Source: a virus (taxonomy: Duplodnaviria; Heunggongvirae; Uroviricota; Caudoviricetes). From it: a DNA stretch of 49,998 nt. Shown one piece after another: positions 1 through 7,084 of this stretch. How positions within the stretch are numbered: the stretch's first letter is position 1; each line of letters begins with the position of its first letter. The notes beneath the pieces were generated by a model. The model was not told the origin of the DNA. It saw only the letters and a program-made list of their open reading frames with translations, and did no database searches. The position numbers were made by a program, and so were the translations under genes. The DNA lies in IMG/VR virus record IMGVR_UViG_3300015360_001243, positions 1 through 49,998 of that record. One strand, given 5' to 3'.

Positions 1-233
1 CTCCGCTACAAAAGCATGTACCCTGGTATTACTGGTTAGCTTCTCACGCTTTTACACACGGTGGGGCTGTAGCTCTAATTACAGGCTCTCCTTGGTTAGG
101 TATGGCTGAAACAGTCGCCCACTTCACAATTGACTACTTCAAGTGTATGAATAAGTACACGATTCATGGCGATCAACTTTTACATTTGGTTTGTAAGATT
201 CTTTGGTTAGTCATCTGGATTTTCATTAGCTAG
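1..233 (+). CDS. DUF3307-like membrane protein, 5'-truncated by the window edge
   Basis: Frame from position 3 is open to TAG at 231-233 and reads ...SHAFTHG...HFTIDYFK...GDQLLHL; H/HxxD/DQxxH pattern typical of DUF3307. Not in the supplied ORF track. Confidence 0.65.
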   Translation, partial: PLQKHVPWYYWLASHAFTHGGAVALITGSPWLGMAETVAHFTIDYFKCMNKYTIHGDQLLHLVCKILWLVIWIFIS

Positions 234-244
234 GAATAAATCAC

Positions 245-1039
245 ATGCAAGCAACGACTGTCGCCGCCCAAGGTTCGGCTGAGACTGATTTCAATTTGGC
301 CGCTTTCTCCGCCTCTCTTTCTGCGGAAGGTAAGACTGCACCTGCTGCTAAGACAGCTCTTAAGAGGCAAGTTGATGAACTTACTTCTGCTATTGATGCT
401 ATGAGAAAAAATCTGAATCTTGAATTCGTCAAGCATTCTGTTCGTGCATCTTCTAATATCCAAGAAAATTGGGAGTATGTTAAGCAGGAAAGAAAATTTC
501 AAGGCTACATTGCTACCTACGGTTATTCTTTTCATATTGATGATCTAGAGAAGATTAGTCAGGTTTATGACGCTCTTACCTCTATTGAAGAGGCAACTAT
601 AGCTTCTCCGACCTTTGCATTGAAGAGTCGTGACCGAATCAACAAGAAGTCATTGAAGGATGCTTTTGCAAAAGTTTCTGAAAGATTTGAGACAGAATGT
701 AAAGTTCTTGGATTGAATCCATCTGATTTCGAAATTGCTAGCTGGGAAGCTTCTTATAGCGATTCTCAGCGAAGTGACCGAGTGGCGGCCCATACTGGTC
801 GTGTTGGAGCTGCTAGGGCCATGTCCGCCGCAGCAACCACCTACTCCGCCGATGTAGCGATTGAATCTGCTATGGGCGGTGGAGCACCACGCGGAAACGA
901 CGAACCACTTGAATTAGTGGTTGGTAAAGCCCGAGTTACCGTTAACCTAGAAGTAGGTTATGCGCGTAGAGTTTCTCAAACAATTAGAGCTAAAGTGGTG
1001 AAAGAATCACCATTATCTGAGGAGATGACACATGCCTGA
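245..1039 (+). CDS. SIMPL/DUF541 (YggE/BP26-like) domain protein, no obvious signal peptide
   Basis: TVAAQGSAE...SAEGKTA, GYIATY, DDLEKISQVYDAL, PTFAL, LKDAFAK and the C-terminal P..VG..RVTVNLEVGY follow the SIMPL pattern as recalled. Confidence 0.7.
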   Translation: MQATTVAAQGSAETDFNLAAFSASLSAEGKTAPAAKTALKRQVDELTSAIDAMRKNLNLEFVKHSVRASSNIQENWEYVKQERKFQGYIATYGYSFHIDDLEKISQVYDALTSIEEATIASPTFALKSRDRINKKSLKDAFAKVSERFETECKVLGLNPSDFEIASWEASYSDSQRSDRVAAHTGRVGAARAMSAAATTYSADVAIESAMGGGAPRGNDEPLELVVGKARVTVNLEVGYARRVSQTIRAKVVKESPLSEEMTHA

Positions 1040-1547
1040 TGATAAATTGTCTATTGCCCAAGCGCTTCGTAGAATCAAGAAGCTGAAGGGTTTGATTGCT
1101 GAGCACCAACAACGTGCTCAAGTGGGTGTCAGCTATGACGTCACTAAAATTCCAGCTTTCCGTTATAAGGATGCTGTTGAAGGAATGTTTTCTACTCAAG
1201 ATGAAGTAGTTGCATTAGAATCTCGCGTAGCTGTTGCTAATGCGAAAACAGTTGTCACCATTCCTGGGGGCGCTCAAGTTTCGATGGCATTAGCTATTCG
1301 CACTCTTCAAGAGTTGAAGGGCCGCATTGCTTTCCTAAAGGGATTGCATTTGCGTAGTGAGACCGTCAAAGAGCGTACCAATGATTGGGACGACACTGAG
1401 ATGAAGCATATTGCTCGTGTTACTGAGACGACTTTCGTTTCAGACTTGAGCGAGCAAGACCGTGACCAACAGGTCAAGGCATTGCAAAATCAATTTGAAG
1501 CATTGAACAATGCTGTTGAAGACACTAACCACTTAGTGGTTGTGTAA
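1032..1547 (+). CDS. Helical coiled-coil protein resembling the DIP1984/DUF6847 family
   Basis: N-terminal LSIAQALRRIKKLK, central SMALAIRTLQELKGRI, C-terminal QVKALQNQFEALNNAVEDTN; start overlaps the upstream stop. Family assigned from memory only. Confidence 0.5.
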   Translation: MPDDKLSIAQALRRIKKLKGLIAEHQQRAQVGVSYDVTKIPAFRYKDAVEGMFSTQDEVVALESRVAVANAKTVVTIPGGAQVSMALAIRTLQELKGRIAFLKGLHLRSETVKERTNDWDDTEMKHIARVTETTFVSDLSEQDRDQQVKALQNQFEALNNAVEDTNHLVVV

Positions 1548-1553
1548 AAGTTT

Positions 1554-1834
1554 GCCCGTAAGGGCGCAAGGCTAGAGTACGAAACTAGCGTGAACAAGTT
1601 GGGATCCCCATTTCTCCACTGGGAATTATCTTCGGATAATTGTTAGAGAGCAAACCGGACATCCAATTAACAAGGATACAATCCGCTACTGATGCCGATA
1701 TCGCCCCAACGTTTTAAGTTGGTTAGCATTTAGAGTTTATAGCATCTTTAGCAGTCAGCCATTAGCCATAAGCTATTAAGGCTCAGCATGTAGCACTTGT
1801 CAAACCAGCTTTTAGCGGGACATTTTGTACTCTA
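1554..1834 (+). ncRNA. Candidate structured ncRNA or 3'-UTR element of unknown family
   Basis: GCCC-GTAA-GGGC hairpin 1554-1565; AATTATC-TTCG-GATAATT hairpin 1624-1641; long-range helices 1573-1584/1823-1834 (12 bp), 1598-1603/1705-1710 and 1682-1688/1813-1819; no ORF in the track. Confidence 0.6.
1723..1816 (+). repeat. Degenerate 7-nt-period tandem repeat, consensus about YYAGCMW
   Basis: AGC starts at 1725, 1741, 1750, 1757, 1764, 1771, 1785, 1792, 1807 and 1814; spacing is mostly 7 or a multiple of 7. Confidence 0.8.
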
Positions 1835-1846
1835 TTAATTAGGATT

Positions 1847-2335
1847 TGGAAGGAGTCATCTAGGTAATCGCGATAGGAAACTATCGAGGAAAGTCGGAGC
1901 AGCGCACAACAACTCACTGGCTAACGGCCAGGCACCGTGAGGTGACGGAAAGTGCAACAGAGAATAGACCGCCATTAGAATTAAAGACCAGCGTGGTAAG
2001 GGGTAGGCCCATTTTGTCCCCCTGTCGGGTCTCGGGAAAAAACGCAAGTGATGTTAAAGGGTATAGGCATCCCGTTGTCACGAGTAGCTAAATGACCGAA
2101 TAGCAAGAGACTCAGTTCTAATGGTAAGGGTGAAACGGCGGTGTAAGAGACCACCACATTTATAGTGATATAGATGGTATGGCAAACCCTGAGTGCTGCA
2201 AGCTAAATAGTAAGCGTCTGAGCCTTGTTGGGGCGAGCTTACGGGTTAGCGCTAAAGCTGTTAGGTAACTATCAGCGTAGATTAATGATTGCCTGGAATT
2301 ATACACAGGACTCCGCTTATTGATGACTCCTTCCA
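1847..2335 (+). ncRNA. rnpB: RNase P RNA, bacterial type A, with extended P12
   Basis: Perfect 14-bp P1 (1847-1860/2322-2335); GAGGAAAGTC at 1886; AGTGCAACAGA; GGTAAGGGTGAAACGG; GGCAAACCC; P4 AAG-U-CGGAG (1891-1899) pairs with CTCCG-CTT (2311-2318). Confidence 0.95.
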
Positions 2336-2352
2336 TTTTTATTGAGGACAAC

Positions 2353-2580
2353 ATGGATATTAAACTAGAACATATTATTGGTTGCATTATATCTACTTCT
2401 ATTGAGGCGGCTAAAACTGCTAATTCAATAGATGCACAAGATAATGGAATTAAATCGTTAGCTAATTGCTTGCGACATTCTGATTTATATTCTTCTGATT
2501 CTTTGGAAGAAAGATTAAAAGTAGCAGATTATTTAGATAGGCTTTGCGTCAAAAATGAAAATAGATCTAATTTATCCTAA
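2353..2580 (+). CDS. Hypothetical protein
   Basis: Start moved from 2320, which lies inside rnpB, to ATG 2353 after a GAGG SD. Confidence 0.55.
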   Translation: MDIKLEHIIGCIISTSIEAAKTANSIDAQDNGIKSLANCLRHSDLYSSDSLEERLKVADYLDRLCVKNENRSNLS

Positions 2581-3181
2581 AATTCCTGAGAACTCCAATA
2601 AGTTCTTGACCAAATGTCACGCTTTTGAAAAGTTAGATGGCACTAACATGCATTGGGTTTGGGCCCTGAATGAAGGTTGGCATCTCTTCGGAACACGCAG
2701 AACGCAGTTCGCTCTGACCAAAGAGGGCATTGATGATTTCACTAAGACCCATCCCGAGTTAGCTAACGCACCTCAGATTTTCAATGATAAGTTTCGTGAT
2801 AAGTTCACGACTATGCTTGCTAGAACTAAAACCTGGTGCCTCCAGAAATGGACTGTGTTCACCGAATTCCATGGCCCCAATTCATTTGCAGGGGGTCATG
2901 ACATGCAAGATGCTCGGATTAATGCTCAAACCTTAACCATCATTGACATCATGATTAATGATGAAATGATTACTCCACAACAACTAGTTCAAGATTTTAG
3001 TGATTTCAACATTGCTAAACTTGTCTACACTGGTAAGTACAGCGGACAGTTCGCTGAAGACGTTAGGAACGGCAAGTATGGCGTTAATGAGGGCGTTGTG
3101 GTCAAGGGAGTAGTTGATGCTCAAGTTTTTATGACCAAGGTTAAAACCAAAGACTATTTAAAACGTTTAGAGAAAAGATGA
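2555..3181 (+). CDS. RNA ligase-type nucleotidyltransferase (adenylyltransferase domain only)
   Basis: Motifs EKLDGTN (I), TEFHG (III), IIDI (IIIa), EGVVVK (IV) and KVK (V). Confidence 0.8.
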   Translation: MKIDLIYPKIPENSNKFLTKCHAFEKLDGTNMHWVWALNEGWHLFGTRRTQFALTKEGIDDFTKTHPELANAPQIFNDKFRDKFTTMLARTKTWCLQKWTVFTEFHGPNSFAGGHDMQDARINAQTLTIIDIMINDEMITPQQLVQDFSDFNIAKLVYTGKYSGQFAEDVRNGKYGVNEGVVVKGVVDAQVFMTKVKTKDYLKRLEKR

Positions 3182-3498
3182 AAACGGCAGATCTTAAAAC
3201 TTTTATTAAGGGATGGTTCGTTGGTAATTTTGATCCTTCTCTTATTAAAACAAATGATGTCGAAGTAGCAATCAAAAGATACAAAGCTGGTGATTATGAA
3301 TCAGCTCACTATCATAAGATAGCAACTGAGATTACAGTAATTGTTTCAGGGACTGTTCTAATGAATGGTATCAAATACTTTGATGATGATATAATTGTTA
3401 TTGAGCCTCTTGATAAAACAGATTTTGAGTGTCTCACGGATGTGATTACGGTGGTCGTCAAGTACCCCGGAGCTAATGACGATAAGTACGTTGATTGA
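3178..3498 (+). CDS. Cupin-fold protein
   Basis: HYHKIATEITVIVSG cupin motif 1; ATGA overlap with the upstream gene. Confidence 0.7.
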   Translation: MKTADLKTFIKGWFVGNFDPSLIKTNDVEVAIKRYKAGDYESAHYHKIATEITVIVSGTVLMNGIKYFDDDIIVIEPLDKTDFECLTDVITVVVKYPGANDDKYVD

Positions 3499-3520
3499 AT
3501 TTTCTATAATTCATAGCGTC

Positions 3521-3548
3521 TTGACTTGTTATAAGTCATGTTTACATT
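3521..3548 (+). promoter_or_regulatory. Sigma70-like promoter
   Basis: TTGACT-N16-TACATT in intergenic DNA upstream of ATG 3595. Confidence 0.45.
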
Positions 3549-3594
3549 CGTAATATTCAGAGGTAGAGTACCTCAAAATTTATGGAGAATTACT

Positions 3595-3909
3595 ATGAAC
3601 AGAACACCTAATGTAACTAAGATGACTGAGACGGCTGGCGAATGTTTCGATGCTGCCGATAAGATTGTGACTGAAATGGCAGACGGATCTCGCATTCAGA
3701 TTAAGGACTTAGCCACTAAGGTAAGTGCTGAAGTTGGAATGGAAGCTAAGCGAGTTCTTGGTTTCATCAATCACTACGTCCACGCAACTGACATTGCTTA
3801 TGTGACTCGTGGTAAGAAGGGCGGCCTTATCAAGGGCGTCAGACCAGCCAAGGTTGTCAAGACGCCCCGCGTCAAGAAGATTTCAGCTCCTGCTGATATC
3901 ACCCAGTAA
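3595..3909 (+). CDS. Hypothetical basic protein, possibly DNA-binding
   Basis: ATG 3595 follows GGAG SD; Lys/Arg-rich C-terminus (RGKKGG...KTPRVKK). Confidence 0.6.
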   Translation: MNRTPNVTKMTETAGECFDAADKIVTEMADGSRIQIKDLATKVSAEVGMEAKRVLGFINHYVHATDIAYVTRGKKGGLIKGVRPAKVVKTPRVKKISAPADITQ

Positions 3910-3952
3910 ATCCTTTTCTGTTAGGATATAGTTCCTAATTGAAGTAGGAATA

Positions 3953-4288
3953 ATGGTGACTAGAGATAGAAGATTACTTGAGCAAATAATCAAGCAATGG
4001 GCCCAGGATCATACTCCTGATTACCAAATTGCTGATTATTCGGCCGGTGAAGCGGCTATGAAAAAGACCGAGGGGCATTTTATTTGGGCTGTTCAAGAGG
4101 GCCATTCTGGAATTGATTTGCTTGCTTTGGCCGATCGTATTGAACTATTTTTAGACAATCGTAGAAATCGAAAGCATCCTGATGGAATGCTTTGCGATAA
4201 ATGTAAATCATTTTATCAGTTTGCGGAGCCTAACCAACCTGATGGATCTATGATTTGTTATTCCTGTCGAAACAATCCATTCGGGTAA
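3953..4288 (+). CDS. Hypothetical protein with C-terminal Zn-ribbon
   Basis: CDKC...CYSC pairs. Confidence 0.6.
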   Translation: MVTRDRRLLEQIIKQWAQDHTPDYQIADYSAGEAAMKKTEGHFIWAVQEGHSGIDLLALADRIELFLDNRRNRKHPDGMLCDKCKSFYQFAEPNQPDGSMICYSCRNNPFG

Positions 4289-4292
4289 GACT

Positions 4293-5582
4293 ATGAAAAC
4301 TATTGAGATTATTGGTGGCGGTACGGTTTCTCATGTTCGCAACCATCTTGCTCTCACGGCACCTGCCTATGGCAAGACAGCTAAAGTGATTGAAGCTCTA
4401 TGTTGGGAAGAAGCAGTTGACCATTATACTATTAATACCCATCTTACCAAGATGGCTAATAGTGGTAGGGGTTGTTTAGAAACCAACGAAGATGTATCTA
4501 ATCTAGTAGATAGACTAATTGCTAATCCAGATACTCGAATCATCTTCTTCAATCCAGCTCTGGTGGATTATGAGGGCTCCGTTATGATAGATGGGGTTTG
4601 GGAGCATCATTGGCTACAGAATATAGCCGAATCTACCAGCGGTAAGTATGAGCAACGCCTCAAGACTTCTGAGGGACAGAAGATGATGAAGCTAACTCCT
4701 GCCACAAAGATTGTTCAGAAGATTCGTAAAGAACGTAAGGATATCTTTCTAGTTGCCTTTAAGACAACTTGCGGAGCAACTGAGGATGAGCAGTTTTTAA
4801 CTGGGTTGCACTTACTCAAAAGTTCCTCCTGTAACCTCGTTCTAGCTAATGATACCAAGACTAGAACTAATATGATCATTACTCCTGAGCAGGCCCGATA
4901 TACCGTCACGACTAACCGAGAGGCCGCTCTAGAGAGTTTAGTGAAGATGGCCGTATCGAGAGCAGATGCTAAGTTCACTCGATCCACAGTAGTGGATGGT
5001 GATGCCATTCCTTGGAATAGCCACCTAATTCCGTCTAGTTTACGTGTAGTTGTCGATCATTGTGTTGATGAAGGTGCCTATAAAGTTTTCAATGGTGCAA
5101 CCGTTGGACACTTCGCTGTCAAGGTTAATAGTACTGACTTCATTACATCTAAGCGCAAGGCTAACTTCAATAAGCTTGGTGGCGTAGGTATGGTTCTCTG
5201 TCGCGCTGAGACTGCTGATTCGGTTATTGCGTACGGAGCCAAGCCTTCAGTAGGTGGCCAGTCTCAACGAATCATCTTCAAAGATCATCCGGAAGCAGAC
5301 TGCATTGTTCACTTTCACTGTCCTCCTAAGCCGGGCTCAGTGGTTGCAGTAAGGGAACAGCGGTATTTTGAATGTGGTAGCCATGAGTGTGGTAAGAACA
5401 CTAGTATCGGACTCAAAGAGGTAGCCCCAGGGATCAAATGTGTCTATCTAGATAACCATGGCCCCAACATTGTTTTCAACCGTAAGGTTCATCCTTACGA
5501 TGTTATTAAGTTTATCGACGAGAACTTTGACTTGTCCAAAGCAACTGACCAGGTGGATCGTAATGTTCATTCACTTCAATAA
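4293..5582 (+). CDS. Fusion of a CoaB/DFP-like nucleotide-binding domain and a class II aldolase-like domain
   Basis: IIGGGTV, FFNPALVDY, LVAFKTT, NLVLAND match a CoaB-like layout; KPSVG...PEADCIVHFHCP matches the class II aldolase HxH region. Confidence 0.6.
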   Translation: MKTIEIIGGGTVSHVRNHLALTAPAYGKTAKVIEALCWEEAVDHYTINTHLTKMANSGRGCLETNEDVSNLVDRLIANPDTRIIFFNPALVDYEGSVMIDGVWEHHWLQNIAESTSGKYEQRLKTSEGQKMMKLTPATKIVQKIRKERKDIFLVAFKTTCGATEDEQFLTGLHLLKSSSCNLVLANDTKTRTNMIITPEQARYTVTTNREAALESLVKMAVSRADAKFTRSTVVDGDAIPWNSHLIPSSLRVVVDHCVDEGAYKVFNGATVGHFAVKVNSTDFITSKRKANFNKLGGVGMVLCRAETADSVIAYGAKPSVGGQSQRIIFKDHPEADCIVHFHCPPKPGSVVAVREQRYFECGSHECGKNTSIGLKEVAPGIKCVYLDNHGPNIVFNRKVHPYDVIKFIDENFDLSKATDQVDRNVHSLQ

Positions 5583-5886
5583 GAGTATTTACAATACCAC
5601 TGAAGTTAAGTGGGTAGATTGTTCTGACTATGTAGAGAAGGGTATTGTTAGAGTTCATCTAGCATATCGTATGGAGATAATTTCAGGCCCTGAAGCTTTC
5701 AATGTTATCCAAGTGTTATGTCCTGCGATACTAGAAGGTAAGCGAGCCAAGTATGTGCGTCATGCCTGGGCAATTCATAATTTAATTGGCCACCCCTTGA
5801 TGCAAGTTTTTTCATGGCTACGTTTGCCAGCCCTCGGTATAAAGATTCATGATGCCACAGTCCCGGTGCCCAATGAAGAGCGGTAG
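5563..5886 (+). CDS. Hypothetical protein (HNLIGHPL motif)
   Basis: Start moved to ATG 5563, overlapping the upstream gene end. Confidence 0.55.
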   Translation: MFIHFNKSIYNTTEVKWVDCSDYVEKGIVRVHLAYRMEIISGPEAFNVIQVLCPAILEGKRAKYVRHAWAIHNLIGHPLMQVFSWLRLPALGIKIHDATVPVPNEER

Positions 5887-6190
5887 AGAAATTATCAATC
5901 TTCCTCAAGAAGAGTTGGCTGAGATTCTGGAAGCACCAATTGAAAACCTTAATAGGTTTATTATTTCGGCAATCATTCATCATGACTCTCGTATAATTAG
6001 TTTGTGGCTGGGAGATGAATCGCATTTGAGGCTTCATTTCAATTTCTTTACACCTGGTGGAAAGGAAACCCCTGACTTCGATCAGGTTGAAATCATTGAT
6101 CATGGTCTAACTCTCAAGCTTGGAAACTATGAGGCGGCTACTGATTGGATAGTAGAAGAACATGAAAAACTTAACCTAGATATCAATTAG
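5873..6190 (+). CDS. Hypothetical protein
   Basis: Continuous ORF coupled to both neighbours; start at 5873 is likely. Confidence 0.55.
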   Translation: MKSGREIINLPQEELAEILEAPIENLNRFIISAIIHHDSRIISLWLGDESHLRLHFNFFTPGGKETPDFDQVEIIDHGLTLKLGNYEAATDWIVEEHEKLNLDIN

Positions 6191-6204
6191 CTGACAAGGA
6201 TAGT

Positions 6205-6741
6205 ATGACAACCAAATTAGAGATTGAAAGAAAGTTCTTGGTCAAGTTCCCAACTTCCTGGTCTACCCTTTCAGAGATGTTCGACCAGCTAGTGGATGTG
6301 AAACGTATCTCTCAAACCTACCTTGAGCCCAAAGGTGATGCACCTTCAGCTAGGGTCCGTAAGACTGTAGAGGGTCTAACTGGTGATACTCAAACAGTTT
6401 TTCATTACAATCAAAAGAAGCCAGTTGATTCGGGAGTTCATGAAGAGACCGAAAGAGAAATCTCTAAAGCTAAGTACGAAAACTATTTAAAGGATGCTCA
6501 TCCTAAGAAGTCTTCGGTTGAGAAAACTAGGTTTGTTTTTAAATTCAATGACCAGGTTTTTGAGCTAGACGTATTCAAGGGTGAGCTGAAGGGTCTGGCA
6601 ATCTTAGAAATTGAGCTAGAGGGCAAGGATGACAAGGTAGAGTTGCCTGGCTACCTGGAAATCGTCAAGGAAGTTACGGACGATAAGAAGTATACTAACT
6701 TCGCTTTGGCTGATAAGAAGTATCATAAAACTGAGGAATAA
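6205..6741 (+). CDS. CYTH-domain (triphosphate tunnel metalloenzyme) protein
   Basis: EIERKFL N-terminal signature; RVRK, KTR, ELDVF and EIEL. Confidence 0.9.
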   Translation: MTTKLEIERKFLVKFPTSWSTLSEMFDQLVDVKRISQTYLEPKGDAPSARVRKTVEGLTGDTQTVFHYNQKKPVDSGVHEETEREISKAKYENYLKDAHPKKSSVEKTRFVFKFNDQVFELDVFKGELKGLAILEIELEGKDDKVELPGYLEIVKEVTDDKKYTNFALADKKYHKTEE

Positions 6742-6773
6742 ACTAGGAATAACAGGATATATACATACGCTAA

Positions 6774-6849
6774 GTCGCGGTACCCAAATGGTTAAGGGGC
6801 CTGTCTGCAAAACAGGTATTCGTGAGTTCGAACCTCACCTGCGACTCCA
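6774..6849 (+). tRNA. tRNA-Cys(GCA)
   Basis: Acceptor GTCGCGG/CTGCGAC, anticodon arm CCTGT-CTGCAAA-ACAGG, U73, encoded CCA. Confidence 0.92.
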
Positions 6850-6861
6850 GAGATTCATTAA

Positions 6862-6953
6862 GGAGATTTGCGTGAGTCTGGCTGAAACGGCTACCCTGGA
6901 AAGGTAGTGGCCCTGTAAAGGGTCCGAGGGTTCGAATCCCTCAGTCTCCTCCA
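6862..6953 (+). tRNA. tRNA-Ser(GGA)
   Basis: CTACC-CTGGAAA-GGTAG, long variable arm, TTCGAAT T-loop, U73 then CCA. Confidence 0.9.
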
Positions 6954-6975
6954 TAAGTAAGATGAAGTATATTAA

Positions 6976-7065
6976 GGAAGTGTGCTAGAGTGGTTTATTA
7001 GACTAGTCTTGAAAACTAGAGGGGATGAAAGTCCTCCGTGAGTTCGAATCTCACCACTTCCTCCA
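6976..7065 (+). tRNA. tRNA-Ser(TGA)
   Basis: GGAAGTG/CACTTCC acceptor, CTAGT-CTTGAAA-ACTAG, long variable arm, U73 then CCA. Confidence 0.92.
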
Positions 7066-7084
7066 GAATAAGAAAGACCTATTC

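Noticed and set aside
1548-1834. CRISPR array, type III toxin-antitoxin repeat, or hammerhead ribozyme interpretation
   Set aside because: The repeats are 7 nt, degenerate and without spacers, so they do not fit CRISPR or the ~35-nt ToxI type. CTGATGC lacks the conserved A9 of the CUGANGA hammerhead core, and matching stems were not found.
1856-2387. Minus-strand ORFs 1856-2047 and 2160-2387, and the 2320 start of the next ORF
   Set aside because: They overlap the strongly supported RNase P RNA and have no protein-like features.
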